A DNA stretch of 64,000 bases, from contig JBEKVM010000011.1 of NCBI GenBank assembly GCA_049513975.1, forward strand, positions 4,637 to 68,636, given 5' to 3'. Numbering within the stretch: the first letter of the stretch is position 1; every line of letters starts with the position of its first letter. Positions 27,198-37,548 of the stretch are shown piece after piece. This stretch comes from Verrucomicrobiota bacterium. GTDB lineage: Bacteria; Verrucomicrobiota; Verrucomicrobiia; Limisphaerales; Palsa-1400. The notes below the pieces were generated by a model. It did no database searches, was not told the origin of the DNA, and saw only the letters and a list, made by a program, of their open reading frames with translations. A program made the position numbers and the translations under genes.

Positions 27198-28052
27198 TTA
27201 TTTGCGTTTCATGGGGCGGCCATCGCGGCGCACGACGATGAAACGGTTGGAAATTTTGCGCTTGTGGCGGGTGCGATAGCCCTTGGCCAGCAGGCCCCAA
27301 GGGGAGGTTAATTGCTGCCAGCCGCCGCCGCTCTTGGATTTGCCCGCCCCGCCGCCGTTGGGATGATCCACCGGATTGCGCACCACGCCGCGGCTGATCC
27401 CGCGGGTGCCGCGGTGGCGGGAGCGCCCCGCCTTGCCCAGCACGACGTTCTCATGTTCCAGATTGCCCAGCTGGCCGATGGTGGCCGAGCAGGTGTTATG
27501 CACCCGCCGGATTTCGCCGGAAGGCAGCCGGATCTGCGTGTACTCCTCGTCGCGCGACATCAACGTGGCCGCCCCGCCCGCCGTCCGCACCATCTGCCCG
27601 CCGCGTCCGGGCGTCAGTTCGATATTATGAATGGCCAGCCCGACCGGAATGCTGCCCAGGGGCAGGGAATTGCCCGTCTCCGGCGGGGCTTTGGGCCCGT
27701 TCATCAGCTTGGCGCCGACCTTCAAACCGCTGGGGGCGATGATGTAGCGCTTTTCCCCGTCCTGGTATTTGAGCAAGGCCAGCCGCGCCGTGCGAATCGG
27801 ATCATACTCAATCCCCAGCACTTCGGCCTCCATCCCCAGTTTCTGGCGTTTGAAATCCACGTTGCGATGAAATTGTTTGTGGCCGCCGCCGATGCCGCGG
27901 GCGGTGACGCGCCCGTAACAGTTGCGCCCGCCCGTCTTCTTGCGGATGTTGATCAGGCTTGGCTCCGGCTTGTGCTTGGTGATCTCGTCAAACGACGCCA
28001 CCGTGATATAGCGCGTCGAAGGAGTCAGGGGTCTGAAAGTTTTTACTGGCAT
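27198..28052 (-). CDS. rplB: 50S ribosomal protein L2
   Basis: MPVKTFRPLTPSTRYITV... and ..NPVDHPNGGG.. Confidence 0.95.
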   Translation of the reverse strand: MPVKTFRPLTPSTRYITVASFDEITKHKPEPSLINIRKKTGGRNCYGRVTARGIGGGHKQFHRNVDFKRQKLGMEAEVLGIEYDPIRTARLALLKYQDGEKRYIIAPSGLKVGAKLMNGPKAPPETGNSLPLGSIPVGLAIHNIELTPGRGGQMVRTAGGAATLMSRDEEYTQIRLPSGEIRRVHNTCSATIGQLGNLEHENVVLGKAGRSRHRGTRGISRGVVRNPVDHPNGGGAGKSKSGGGWQQLTSPWGLLAKGYRTRHKRKISNRFIVVRRDGRPMKRK

Positions 28053-28065
28053 AAAATTGTTCGCG

Positions 28066-28350
28066 TCAACTAATGAGGTGGATCTTGTCGTCCTTGCTCA
28101 GGGTGACGATGGCTTTTTTCCAATTGGGCGCGTTGCCGGCCATGGGCGTGCGGCTGCGGCGGGCCTTGCCCCGCACATTCAAGGTGTTGACCTTGATGAC
28201 CTTGACTTTGAAAAGCTCCTGGACCGCCTGGCGGATTTGCTGCTTGTTGGCCCGCGGATCGGCCACCACGGTGTATTGGTTGAGCTTGTCCGACTGCCGC
28301 GTCCCCTTCTCGGTCACGCGGATGGTTTTGATGGCGGTAAAGGAGTTCAT
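28066..28350 (-). CDS. rplW: 50S ribosomal protein L23
   Basis: Operon order between L4 and L2; ..IRVTEKGTRQSDKLNQYTVVADPRANKQQIRQAV.. Confidence 0.9.
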   Translation of the reverse strand: MNSFTAIKTIRVTEKGTRQSDKLNQYTVVADPRANKQQIRQAVQELFKVKVIKVNTLNVRGKARRSRTPMAGNAPNWKKAIVTLSKDDKIHLIS

Positions 28351-28351
28351 G

Positions 28352-28978
28352 TCAGGCCTGGGTCAGTCGTTCCGCCACGGTGTCAAACGCGCTGCGGGTG
28401 AAAACCAGCTTGTCGCTGCGCAAAACCTGGTAAGTATTGAGGTCCTGGCCCGTGGTCAATTCAACCTGCGCCACATTGCGCGAGGCGCGCCGCAAATTCT
28501 CATCGCCGCTGTGGCTCACGATCAGCGCACTGCCCTTGACCTGCAAGACGGAGAGCACGGCGAGAAACTCCTTGGTCTTGGCCGAGTTGAGTTTGAGGTC
28601 GTCAATCACCATCACGTCCCCCGCTTTGAGCCGCTCCGAAAGGGCCTTGCGCAGCGCCAGGCGTTTGACCGTCCGGTTGGTCTTCACGGAAAAATCCCGC
28701 GGTTTGGGGCCGAAGACTACTCCGCCCCCGCGCCAGAGAGGAGATTGGAACGAACCGGCGCGGGCACGCCCGGTGCCTTTTTGCCGCCAGGGCTTTTTGT
28801 TGGTTCCAGCCACTTCGCCCACGTTTTTGGTGCAAGCCGTGCCCATGCGCTGGGCGGCGCGAAACGCGACCACCGTGTCGTGAACGGCCTGGGTGCCGCC
28901 GCCGTTTTCAATGAGGGTGAACTTGACTTCCATTTCACCCTGGTCCTTGCCCTGCATGTCTTTGACGGTGAGCTTCAT
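28352..28978 (-). CDS. rplD: 50S ribosomal protein L4
   Basis: ..KKPWRQKGTGRARAGSFQSPLWRGGGVVFGPKPR.. Confidence 0.95.
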   Translation of the reverse strand: MKLTVKDMQGKDQGEMEVKFTLIENGGGTQAVHDTVVAFRAAQRMGTACTKNVGEVAGTNKKPWRQKGTGRARAGSFQSPLWRGGGVVFGPKPRDFSVKTNRTVKRLALRKALSERLKAGDVMVIDDLKLNSAKTKEFLAVLSVLQVKGSALIVSHSGDENLRRASRNVAQVELTTGQDLNTYQVLRSDKLVFTRSAFDTVAERLTQA

Positions 28979-28983
28979 AATTA

Positions 28984-29799
28984 TTACTTGTTGGCTGGGG
29001 GCGGAGTGGCGGCGGGTTTGGCGGCGGCAGTGGCGGCGGGTTTGGCGGCGGCAGTGGCGGCCGGTTTGGCGGCGGCAGTGGCGGCCGGTTTGGCGGCCGG
29101 TTTGGCCCCCTTGGCGGCGGGGGCGGCCGCGATCTTGACCGCCACCCTGCGCTTGGCCTGCTCCGAGCCTTTGGGCAGTTTCTTGGACTCCCGGATGACG
29201 ACGTAATCGTTGTTCGCGCCGGGAATGGCGCCCTTGATCAGCAATAAATTGTCCGCCTCGCGCACCTGGATGATCTGCAAATTCTGGGCCGTGCGCCGGA
29301 TCTGGCCCATGTGGCCGGGCATCTTCATGCCGCGCATGACCGTGCCTGGGAACAAGCGCTGCCCGATCGCGCCCGAGCGCCTCCGCCAGCCTTTGGCCCC
29401 GTGGGAGGCATCGCCGCCGCGAAAATTGTGCCGCTTCATCACCCCTTCAAATCCGCGTCCCTTGGTCACGCCGATGGCATCCACAAAATCGCCCTGGGCA
29501 AAAATCGCCGCCCCGATGACATCGCCCGGCTTGACCGGCAAGGAAAAATCACGGAACTCTCCCACCCGCTTGGTGGGCAAGGCGCTGTGTTTCTTGAAAT
29601 GGCCCAGCAATGGCTTGGTCATGCGCTGCTCTTTTTGGTCGTCGAAACCGAGCTGCACCGCATTGTAGCCATCGGTGGCGACGGTTTTGGTCTGGATGAC
29701 CCGGTTGGGGCCCACCAGGACAATGGTTACCGGCACGATCACTCCCTGCGCGTTATACACGCTGGTCTGGCCGAGCTTTTTTCCGAGCAATCCAAGCAT
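28984..29799 (-). CDS. rplC: 50S ribosomal protein L3 with a ~60 aa C-terminal tail containing AKPAATAA repeats
   Basis: [19 protein letters not shown].. and ..[20 protein letters not shown].. Confidence 0.95.
   Translation of the reverse strand: MLGLLGKKLGQTSVYNAQGVIVPVTIVLVGPNRVIQTKTVATDGYNAVQLGFDDQKEQRMTKPLLGHFKKHSALPTKRVGEFRDFSLPVKPGDVIGAAIFAQGDFVDAIGVTKGRGFEGVMKRHNFRGGDASHGAKGWRRRSGAIGQRLFPGTVMRGMKMPGHMGQIRRTAQNLQIIQVREADNLLLIKGAIPGANNDYVVIRESKKLPKGSEQAKRRVAVKIAAAPAAKGAKPAAKPAATAAAKPAATAAAKPAATAAAKPAATPPPANK
29006..29105. repeat. 24 nt tandem repeat (~3.9 copies) inside the rplC tail
   Basis: GTGGCGGC[G/C]GGTTTGGCGGCGGCA units start at 29006, 29030, 29054 and 29078. Confidence 0.9.
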
Positions 29800-29802
29800 A
29801 AG

Positions 29803-30111
29803 TCAAATTTTGATGGTGATGTCCACGCCCGCCGGCAGATTGAGCTTTTTGAGTTCATCCACCGTTTTGGCGGTCGGCTCAATGATGTCGAGCAGCCGTT
29901 TGTGGGTGCGCTGCTCGAAAGTCTCCTGTGATTTCTTGTCCGAATGCGGCGAGCGCAGCACGGTAAACCGCTCGATGCGGGTGGGCAGGGGAATGGGGCC
30001 AGCCACCCGCGCCCCGGTTCGTTTCACCGTCTCGACGATTTCGTGCGCCGACTGGTCAATGACCCGGTGGTCAAAGGCCTTGAGTCGAATTCGTATGCGT
30101 TGTCCAGCCAT
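29803..30111 (-). CDS. rpsJ: 30S ribosomal protein S10
   Basis: [34 protein letters not shown].. Confidence 0.95.
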   Translation of the reverse strand: MAGQRIRIRLKAFDHRVIDQSAHEIVETVKRTGARVAGPIPLPTRIERFTVLRSPHSDKKSQETFEQRTHKRLLDIIEPTAKTVDELKKLNLPAGVDITIKI

Positions 30112-30135
30112 ATAAAAAGAACGAGGTTAATGGGT

Positions 30136-32328
30136 TTAGCTTCTGGGCCCCGGCTTTTTGCCGGCGTCGTCCAAAATCGCCGTCAGAATACTGGCTGGAA
30201 CCTGGGCAAAGGTCAAGGGTTCCATGGAATAAGAGGCCCGGCCCTTGGAGAGGGACCGGATGGCGGTGGCGTAGCCGAACATTTCCTTCAACGGCACATC
30301 CGCGCAAACCGTCGCCTGCGCGTCCTTGGATTCAATACTATGGATGATGCCGCGCCGCCGTGTCACGTCGCCCACCAGGTCGCCCTGATATTCTTCGGGC
30401 GCGACCAGCTCCACCTTCATGATCGGTTCCAGCACGATGGGTTTGGCCCGCTTAAAGGCGTCTTTCAGCGCGAAAATACCGGCCATTTTGAAGGCCATCT
30501 CGTTGGAGTCCACCTCGTGGAAGGACCCGTCGGTGATCTCCACCTTGATGTCAATGACCTGATAGCCGGCGTAAACCCCGCTCTTGCACGCCTCTTCAAT
30601 CCCGTCAATCACCGGCGGAATGAATTCCTTGGGAATGGCCCCCCCCACGATCTTGTTAAGAATTTCCACACCCTTGCCCTTTTCATTGGGGGAGACCCGG
30701 ACACAGGCATGCCCGTATTGGCCGCGCCCGCCCGATTGCTTGATATATTTGCCCTCGCCCTCGGCTGAGGCGGTGATGGTTTCCCGGTAGGCAATTTGGG
30801 GCGCGCCGGTGGCGGCGTCCACCTTGAACTCACGCTTGAGCCTGTCAACAATAATCTCCAGGTGCAGCTCGCCCATCCCGGCGATGATCAACTGGCTGGT
30901 TTCCTCGTTGGTAAAACAGCGGAAAGTCGGGTCTTCCTCCGCCAGGCGCTGCAAGCCTTCGCCCAGCTTCTCCCGGTCCGCCTTGGTCTTGGGCTCGACC
31001 GCCATGCTGATGACCGGTTCGGGGAAGGTGGGCGGAAACAGGGTCACGTCAAAATCCTCGTCGCAGAGGGTGTCTCCGGTGATGATGTTGCGCAGGCCGA
31101 CCAGGGCCGCGATGTCGCCCGCAAAAACCGTGTCCACATCCTTGCGCTCGCTGCCCTGGATGATCATGAGGCGGCTGACCCGGTCGCGTTTGCGGGTGCG
31201 GGCATTGTAAATGGTGTCGCCTTTGCGCAATTGCCCGGAATAAACCCGGAAAAACACCAGCTTGCCGGCATAGACATCCGTCCATAATTTAAAGGCCAGG
31301 GAACAGAATTTCCCGTTGTCGTCGGCTTCCACCTGCACCACATTGTCGGTGCCCGGCTCGGTCCCTTCGGCCGGGGGAATGTCCAGCGGGCTGGGCAGGT
31401 AATCCACCACCGCGTCCACCAGCGCCTGCACCCCCTTTTTCTTGAAGGCCGAGCCGCACAAGACGGGAACAAATTCATTGCGGCAGGTCAGCCGGCGGAT
31501 GGCCGCCTTCAAAACCAGCGGTTCCACCGGCTTGTCTTCAATCACCAAAGCGGCGATTTCGTCATCCTTGTTCGAGACGGCATCCACCAGTTCGCTCAGG
31601 GCGGCCTGCGCCTTGGCCCGCAGCGCCTGCGGGATTTCCTGGATCTCATACTGCAACCCTTCCCGCACCACCTCGCCCGTTCCCCAGGTGATCGCCTTCT
31701 GGTTGACCACGTCAATCAGGCCCTCAAAAACGTCCTCCGCCCCGATGGGCAGGAAGACGGGCCAGGCGTAGGCGTTGAGCTTTTTGCGCATGTCGTTGAG
31801 GGCGTTTTCAAAATTGGCCCCGGTGCGGTCCATCTTGTTGACAAAGGCGATGCGCGGCACCTCGTACTTGGTCGCCTGGCGCCAGACCGTCTCCGACTGC
31901 GGCTGCACTCCGGCCACGCCGCAGAAGACCGCCACCGCCCCGTCCAGGACGCTCATGGAGCGCTCCACTTCGGCCGTGAAATCCACGTGGCCGGGGGTGT
32001 CAATGATATTAATGCGGTGCGGGATGCTGGAAAACAGCTTGTCCAGGCCCTCCTCCGGCTTCTGCGTCCAGTAGCACGTCACCGCCGCCGCCGTGATGGT
32101 GATGCCCCGTTCCCGCTCCTGCTCCATCCAGTCGGTCACGGTGTTGCCGTCGTCCACGTCGCCGATCTTGTGAATGAGGCCCGTGTAAAAAAGGATGCGC
32201 TCGGTGGTGGTGGTTTTGCCAGCATCAATGTGCGCGGCAATGCCGATGTTGCGCGTGCGCTCCATCGTGTATTGCCTTTTGGGCGAATTCACATTCACGT
32301 TTTTGCCTTCTACAGTTGCTTCGATCAT
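30136..32328 (-). CDS. fusA: Elongation factor G
   Basis: ..RTRNIGIAAHIDAGKTTTTERILFYTG.. Start chosen at the ATG at 32328 (MIEATVEGK..), but 32382 and 32265 are also possible. Confidence 0.95.
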   Translation of the reverse strand: MIEATVEGKNVNVNSPKRQYTMERTRNIGIAAHIDAGKTTTTERILFYTGLIHKIGDVDDGNTVTDWMEQERERGITITAAAVTCYWTQKPEEGLDKLFSSIPHRINIIDTPGHVDFTAEVERSMSVLDGAVAVFCGVAGVQPQSETVWRQATKYEVPRIAFVNKMDRTGANFENALNDMRKKLNAYAWPVFLPIGAEDVFEGLIDVVNQKAITWGTGEVVREGLQYEIQEIPQALRAKAQAALSELVDAVSNKDDEIAALVIEDKPVEPLVLKAAIRRLTCRNEFVPVLCGSAFKKKGVQALVDAVVDYLPSPLDIPPAEGTEPGTDNVVQVEADDNGKFCSLAFKLWTDVYAGKLVFFRVYSGQLRKGDTIYNARTRKRDRVSRLMIIQGSERKDVDTVFAGDIAALVGLRNIITGDTLCDEDFDVTLFPPTFPEPVISMAVEPKTKADREKLGEGLQRLAEEDPTFRCFTNEETSQLIIAGMGELHLEIIVDRLKREFKVDAATGAPQIAYRETITASAEGEGKYIKQSGGRGQYGHACVRVSPNEKGKGVEILNKIVGGAIPKEFIPPVIDGIEEACKSGVYAGYQVIDIKVEITDGSFHEVDSNEMAFKMAGIFALKDAFKRAKPIVLEPIMKVELVAPEEYQGDLVGDVTRRRGIIHSIESKDAQATVCADVPLKEMFGYATAIRSLSKGRASYSMEPLTFAQVPASILTAILDDAGKKPGPRS

Positions 32329-32388
32329 TTGTGTCAAGAATAAAAATGCCCCGATCCTCAAATCACCGGGGCGTTGCGCCAATAAATT

Positions 32389-32862
32389 TTACCAGCGGAA
32401 ATGGGCGAAGGCCTTGTTGGCCTGCGCCATCTTATGCACCTCGTCGCGTTTGCGGATGGCGTTGCCCTGGCCTTGGAACGCGTCCATGATCTCCGCCGCC
32501 AGCGCCTCTTTCATGGCCAGGCCTTTGCGCGCGTCGGCCAGATCCACCAGCCAGCGCATGGCCAGGGAAAGCTGCCGGTCCGTCGCCACCTCCATCGGCA
32601 CCTGGTAAGTCGCCCCGCCGACCCGGCGCGGCTTGACTTCCAGACGGGGCTTGGCGTTGTCCACCGCCCGCTGCAAGATTTCCAGCGGATTGGTGCTCGG
32701 ATTCTTGGTGGCAATATGGTCAAACGCCCCGTAAACAATGCGTTGGGCCACGGTTTTCTTGCCGTTGGCCATCACCGTGTTGACCAGGCGCGAAACCAGC
32801 GTGCTGTGATATTTGCTGTCTTCCAGCAGCGGCCTTTTAATTGCTCGACGGCGTCGGGACAT
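32389..32862 (-). CDS. rpsG: 30S ribosomal protein S7
   Basis: MSRRRRAIKRPLLEDSKYHSTLVSRLVN.. Confidence 0.95.
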   Translation of the reverse strand: MSRRRRAIKRPLLEDSKYHSTLVSRLVNTVMANGKKTVAQRIVYGAFDHIATKNPSTNPLEILQRAVDNAKPRLEVKPRRVGGATYQVPMEVATDRQLSLAMRWLVDLADARKGLAMKEALAAEIMDAFQGQGNAIRKRDEVHKMAQANKAFAHFRW

Positions 32863-32869
32863 ATAAAAT

Positions 32870-33319
32870 CTATGCTTTCACTTCAGGCGCGGGCGCCGCG
32901 GGCGCCGCGGGCGCGGCCGGCGCGGCGGCCGGCTTGGCCCCCTTGACCACTTTGGGCCGTTTGACTCCATATTTCGACCGGCTCACCCGGCGCTTCTCCA
33001 CCCCCGCGGCATCCAGGGTGCCACGAACGATGTGGTAACGGACGCCCGGCAAATCCTTGACGCGCCCCCCGCGCACCAGGACAATCGAGTGCTCTTGCAA
33101 ATTATGGCCCTCGTCCGGGATGTAGGCGATCACTTCAAACCCGTTGGTCAGCCGCACCTTGGCCACTTTGCGCATGGCCGAATTGGGCTTTTTGGGAGTG
33201 CGCGTCATCACCTGGATGCAGACGCCCCGCCGGTAGGGCGAGGTCTGCAAGGCCGGGGCCTTGGACTTGCTGCGCAATTTCCTTCGTCCGAAACGAACGA
33301 GTTGATTAATCGTCGGCAT
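32870..33319 (-). CDS. rpsL: 30S ribosomal protein S12 with a ~25 aa Ala/Pro C-terminal tail
   Basis: [25 protein letters not shown].. Confidence 0.95.
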   Translation of the reverse strand: MPTINQLVRFGRRKLRSKSKAPALQTSPYRRGVCIQVMTRTPKKPNSAMRKVAKVRLTNGFEVIAYIPDEGHNLQEHSIVLVRGGRVKDLPGVRYHIVRGTLDAAGVEKRRVSRSKYGVKRPKVVKGAKPAAAPAAPAAPAAPAPEVKA

Positions 33320-33373
33320 TTGAGCAATAACGTTTTACCCCCAAATTTCCCCACCAAGGGAAACGGGAGGCGG

Positions 33374-33402
33374 AATATAAATAATCGGCCAAACCATTGC
33401 AA
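33374..33402 (-). promoter_or_regulatory. Candidate sigma-70 promoter of the str/S10/spc/alpha superoperon
   Basis: The minus strand reads TTGCAA-N17-TATATT, about 55 nt upstream of the rpsL ATG. Confidence 0.4.
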
Positions 33403-33580
33403 CAGCAAATTGCGAAAAAAATACATTTCCCTGCAATCTCGGCAAAATCAGCCTGTTTTCAGGGCGCAACTTTTTCCGCCTATTAGTAATGGAGGGCCTT
33501 AAAAGCCCGCTTAACGTCCTGGAATCTACACCCCTCCACCCCGTGAGCAAGCGAAAAAGCAAAAATAATTAAAAAAACCA

Positions 33581-33609
33581 TTGACAGAACATGGCTGCGC
33601 CTTTAGGTT
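33581..33609 (+). promoter_or_regulatory. Candidate promoter for tRNA-Thr/tuf
   Basis: TTGACA-N17-TAGGTT, preceded by an A-rich UP-like tract (aaaaagcaaaaataattaaaaaaa). The -10 element is weak. Confidence 0.3.
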
Positions 33610-33736
33610 TCGAGCAGGTTACAGGTTTGAAATAGCAAAGAAACATTGGCCCCGAGGCCTTTTCGCACGCGAGAGGGCTGGGGTTAGTGGTGTTTTGTCG
33701 TTTATGCACAGTCAGGATGGAGCAATTTTAGCTTTT

Positions 33737-33812
33737 GCCCATGTAGCTCAGTCGGCAGAGCGCGTCCTTGGTAAGGACGAGGTCATCAGTTCGATCCTGA
33801 TCATGGGCTCCA
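33737..33812 (+). tRNA. tRNA-Thr (anticodon GGT), CCA encoded
   Basis: Hand-folded cloverleaf. Acceptor GCCCATG/CATGGGC, D stem GCTC/GAGC, anticodon stem CGTCC/GGACG with loop TTGGTAA, T arm ATCAG-TTCGATC-CTGAT. Confidence 0.9.
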
Positions 33813-33869
33813 TGTAACCGAATGAATTGTCAGAATTTTTAACAAAACAAGAAAACACAGGAGAGCTCA

Positions 33870-35060
33870 ATGGCAAAAGAAGCGTTCCAACGGACCAAAC
33901 CGCATGTCAACATCGGCACCATCGGCCACGTGGACCATGGCAAATCAACCCTCACCGCCGCCATCGTGGAAGTCCAAAGCAAAAAGGGCATGGCCACGCC
34001 CAGGAGTTACGCCGAGATCACCAAAGGCGGCACGGTGCGCGATTCCACCAAGACGGTCACCATCGCGGTGTCGCATACGGAATATGAATCCCCTGCGCGC
34101 CACTATGCGCACGTTGACTGTCCGGGCCATGCCGACTATGTGAAGAACATGATCACCGGGGCGGCGCAGATGGACGGAGCCATCCTGGTGGTGAGCGCGG
34201 CGGACGGCCCGATGCCGCAAACGCGCGAGCATATTCTGCTGGCGCGCCAGGTGGGGGTGCCGGCGATCGTGGTTTACCTCAACAAGGTGGATCTGGTGGA
34301 CGATCCCGAGTTGCTGGATCTGGTGGAGATGGAAATTCGCGACCTGCTCAACAAATATCAATTCCCCGGCGATACCACCCCGGTGATCCGCGGCAGCTCC
34401 AAGGCCGCCCTGGAGGGCGAACCGGAGGGCCTCAAGTCCATCGCCGACCTGCTCGACGCGGTGGACAAGTTTATTCCGCTGCCGACCCGCGAGGTGGACA
34501 AGCCCTTCCTGATGTGCATCGAAGACGTGTTCAATATTGAGGGCCGCGGCACCGTGGTGACGGGCCGGGTGGAACGCGGTGTCTTGAAAAAAATGTCGGA
34601 CGTGGAAATCGTCGGCTTGAGGGAAACCCGCAAGACGGTGGCGACGGACATTGAAATGTTCCGCAAACTGCTGGACAACGCCAGCGCGGGGGACAATGTG
34701 GGAGTGCTGCTGCGCGGCACCAAGAAGGATGAGGTGGAGCGGGGCATGGTGCTGGCTAAGCCCGGCACGATCACCCCGCACACCAAATTCAAGGCGGAAG
34801 TCTATGTGCTGTCCAAGGATGAAGGCGGCCGGCACACGCCGTTTTTCACCAAATATTGTCCGCAATTTTATTTTCGGACCACGGACGTGACCGGCACGGT
34901 GACGCTGCCGCAAGGGGTGGAAATGGTGATGCCCGGCGACAACGTGTCGGTGGACATCGAGTTGATCGCGCCGGTGGCGATGGAAAAAGGGCAGCGCTTC
35001 GCCATCCGCGAAGGCGGCCGCACCATTGGCGCGGGCCGCGTGTCTGAGATCGTCGCTTGA
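33870..35060 (+). CDS. tuf: Elongation factor Tu
   Basis: [32 protein letters not shown].., 396 aa. Confidence 0.97.
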   Translation: MAKEAFQRTKPHVNIGTIGHVDHGKSTLTAAIVEVQSKKGMATPRSYAEITKGGTVRDSTKTVTIAVSHTEYESPARHYAHVDCPGHADYVKNMITGAAQMDGAILVVSAADGPMPQTREHILLARQVGVPAIVVYLNKVDLVDDPELLDLVEMEIRDLLNKYQFPGDTTPVIRGSSKAALEGEPEGLKSIADLLDAVDKFIPLPTREVDKPFLMCIEDVFNIEGRGTVVTGRVERGVLKKMSDVEIVGLRETRKTVATDIEMFRKLLDNASAGDNVGVLLRGTKKDEVERGMVLAKPGTITPHTKFKAEVYVLSKDEGGRHTPFFTKYCPQFYFRTTDVTGTVTLPQGVEMVMPGDNVSVDIELIAPVAMEKGQRFAIREGGRTIGAGRVSEIVA

Positions 35061-35128
35061 ACTTGAAGCGGGAGCGGCCCGGTCCGGTCCCGCCAAGAAT
35101 TGTGCAGAGAGGGACCACTCTACGGCAG

Positions 35129-35204
35129 AGGGCGGTAGCTCAATTGGTAGAGTAGCGGTCTCCAAAACCGTCGGTTGGGGGTTCGAGTCCCTCCCGCCCT
35201 GCCA
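35129..35204 (+). tRNA. tRNA-Trp (anticodon CCA)
   Basis: Acceptor AGGGCGG/CCGCCCT, anticodon loop CTCCAAA, T loop TTCGAGT. It sits in the canonical position between tuf and secE. Confidence 0.9.
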
Positions 35205-35317
35205 AACAAAATAAAGAATGGTGAATTAAGAGATTAAGATTAGGATCAGGAATAGGATTAAGAACTGAGGTGCAAAAGGCAATGGGGCCGCAGGGTGGAG
35301 AGTCGGATGCAGGGGCC

Positions 35318-35407
35318 GGAGGGGTGGCAGAGTGGTCTATTGCGACGGTCTTGAAAACCGTTGTGCGGGAAACCGCACCGGGGGTTCGAATCCCTCCCCC
35401 TCCGCCA
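35318..35407 (+). tRNA. tRNA-Ser (anticodon TGA), type II with a long variable arm
   Basis: Acceptor GGAGGGG/CCCCTCC, 3 bp D stem GCA/TGC, anticodon stem ACGGT/ACCGT with loop CTTGAAA, variable arm TGTGCGGGAAACCGCACC, T loop TTCGAAT, then GCCA. Confidence 0.85.
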
Positions 35408-35421
35408 AATAAGATTGTGAT

Positions 35422-35676
35422 ATGAATTTGATTATAGAATCGCTTGTGCTGGTGGCCGTGATGGTGGTGTTTGTGCTGATGCTGCGCGCCGGCTATTTCC
35501 TGAAGATTTCCGCCTATTGGGGGGAGATGATGGATGAGATGAGGAAATGCACCTGGCCGACCTGGGACGAATTGCTCGGGTCCACCGTCCTTGTCATGGT
35601 GGCGATAGCGATGATCGGCGGGTTTACCGTGGGAGTGGATTATATTTGCTCCAACATTATCAAGGCCATCATTTAA
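35422..35676 (+). CDS. secE: Preprotein translocase subunit SecE
   Basis: ..EMRKCTWPTWDELLGSTVLVMV.. plus a TM helix; located upstream of nusG. Confidence 0.85.
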   Translation: MNLIIESLVLVAVMVVFVLMLRAGYFLKISAYWGEMMDEMRKCTWPTWDELLGSTVLVMVAIAMIGGFTVGVDYICSNIIKAII

Positions 35677-35679
35677 GGA

Positions 35680-36237
35680 ATGCGCATGCCCAAGAGCCAA
35701 TGGTTTGTCATTCATACTTTGTCCGGCCAGGAGCACAAGGTCAAAGAGAACATCGAAAAGCGGATCAAAGCCGAGGAGATGTCCGAATACATCAAGGAAG
35801 TGCTGGTGCCGGTGGAGAAGGTGGTGGACGTGCGCGGGGGCAAAAAGACGGTGACCAGCCGCAAGCTCCATCCCGGTTATGTGTATATTGAGATGACGCT
35901 GCTGGACGAGCAGAACCGGATTTTGGAGAAGCCCTGGTATTTTATCCAGGATACGCCGGGGAAGATCGGCATCGTCGGCGGGGACCGGCCCCTGCCCGTG
36001 ACGCCGGATGAGATCGCAGTGATCAAGGAACAGATTTCGGAATCGGAAGAGACGGAGAAGCCGAAGGTGAATTTTGACATAGGGGAGACGGTGAAGATCA
36101 ATGACGGGCCGTTCCTGAATTTCAGCGGGGTGATCGAGGAGATTGAGCCGGAGCGGGGCAAGCTGAAAGTGACGGTGAACATATTTGGGCGCAATACGCC
36201 GGTGGAACTGGAGTATTGGCAGGTGGAAAAGGCGTAG
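35680..36237 (+). CDS. nusG: Transcription termination/antitermination factor NusG
   Basis: ..WFVIHTLSGQEHKVKENIE.. and the KOW motif ..GETVKINDGPFLNFSGVIEEI.. Confidence 0.95.
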   Translation: MRMPKSQWFVIHTLSGQEHKVKENIEKRIKAEEMSEYIKEVLVPVEKVVDVRGGKKTVTSRKLHPGYVYIEMTLLDEQNRILEKPWYFIQDTPGKIGIVGGDRPLPVTPDEIAVIKEQISESEETEKPKVNFDIGETVKINDGPFLNFSGVIEEIEPERGKLKVTVNIFGRNTPVELEYWQVEKA

Positions 36238-36351
36238 CGGAGAGAACGGAGAAACGGAGCGATGGAGCGATGGAGTAATGGGATTTTTCCAACACTCCTT
36301 CACTCCAATACTCCAGCACTCCGTTGGAGATAACTGAGCGAGAGATTTTTT

Positions 36352-36777
36352 ATGGCAAAGAAGATTATAGGACAGATCAAGTTGCAGATCGCGGCCGGGC
36401 AGGCCAATCCGGCGCCGCCGGTGGGGCCGGCGCTGGGCCAGCAGGGGGTCAACATCATGGCCTTTTGCAAGGAATTCAACGCCGCCACCCGGGATCAGTC
36501 GGGGATGATCATTCCGGTGGTCATCACCGTCTTTGTGGACAAATCGTTCAAGTTCATCACCAAGTCGCCTCCGGCAGCGATCCTGCTGAAGAAGGCGGCG
36601 GGGATCGCCTCCGGCTCGAAGGTGCCGAACAAGGAAAAAGTGGGCAAGGTGACGCGCAAGCAGGTGATGGAGATTGTGAAGATCAAGGCCAAGGATTTGA
36701 ACGCGGGCAGCGAAGAGGCGGCGTTCCGGGTGATTGCGGGAACGGCCCGCAGCATGGGAATAGACGTTCTGGAATAA
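36352..36777 (+). CDS. rplK: 50S ribosomal protein L11
   Basis: [43 protein letters not shown].. Confidence 0.97.
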   Translation: MAKKIIGQIKLQIAAGQANPAPPVGPALGQQGVNIMAFCKEFNAATRDQSGMIIPVVITVFVDKSFKFITKSPPAAILLKKAAGIASGSKVPNKEKVGKVTRKQVMEIVKIKAKDLNAGSEEAAFRVIAGTARSMGIDVLE

Positions 36778-36830
36778 CTTAACGCGGGAGAGTTTCGTTT
36801 GAGGAAACTCGGTTGCACCGCTCATAAACT

Positions 36831-37529
36831 ATGCCAAGCAAACGATATAAGAAAGCGCTCGAATTGGTGGATGGCCAGAAGGCCTATCTCCTGAAGTCAG
36901 CCATCGAAGTGCTGACCAAGTTCCCCAAGGCAAAATTCAACGAGACCATTGATCTGGCCTTCAAGCTGGGGGTGGATCCCAAGCAGTCCGATCAAATGGT
37001 GCGGGGTACCGTGCCCCTGCCTCACGGCAGCGGCAAGGTGGTGCGCGTGCTGGTTTTTGCCCGTCCCGGGGCGGCCGCCGACGCGGCGAAAGCGGCGGGG
37101 GCGGAATACGTGGGCTTCGAGGATTTGATCAAGCGCTGCACGGAAGGGTGGTCGGATTTTGACGTGGCCATTGCCTCGCCGGATGCCATGTCGGAGGTGC
37201 GCAAGCTGGGCAAAGCCCTCGGCCCGCGCGGCCTGATGCCCAACCCGAAGACCGGCACGGTGACGGAAGACACGGCCAAGGCGGTGAAGGAAGTCAAGGC
37301 CGGGCGGGTCGAATTCAAGGTGGACAAGGGAGGCAATGTGCATGTGCCGATCGGCAAGGCGTCCTTTGCCCCGGAGCAGTTGGTGGAGAACGCGCGGGCG
37401 GTGATCGAAGCGGTGGCCAAAGCGCGGCCGCACACGGCCAAGGGCCAGTTCATCAACAGTTGCACTTTGTCCGCCACGATGAGTCCGCCGGTGCGGGTGG
37501 ACGTGAAGGAATTTCAACAAGCGGCCTAA
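36831..37529 (+). CDS. rplA: 50S ribosomal protein L1
   Basis: MPSKRYKKALELVDGQKAYLLKSAIEVL.. Confidence 0.95.
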   Translation: MPSKRYKKALELVDGQKAYLLKSAIEVLTKFPKAKFNETIDLAFKLGVDPKQSDQMVRGTVPLPHGSGKVVRVLVFARPGAAADAAKAAGAEYVGFEDLIKRCTEGWSDFDVAIASPDAMSEVRKLGKALGPRGLMPNPKTGTVTEDTAKAVKEVKAGRVEFKVDKGGNVHVPIGKASFAPEQLVENARAVIEAVAKARPHTAKGQFINSCTLSATMSPPVRVDVKEFQQAA

Positions 37530-37548
37530 ACGGAGAGGAACCAATATC

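Noticed and set aside
33945-36825. Minus-strand ORFs 33945-35165 (406 aa) and 35140-36825 (561 aa)
   Set aside because: They are antisense to tuf, two tRNAs, secE, nusG and rplK, all of which are unambiguous on the plus strand.
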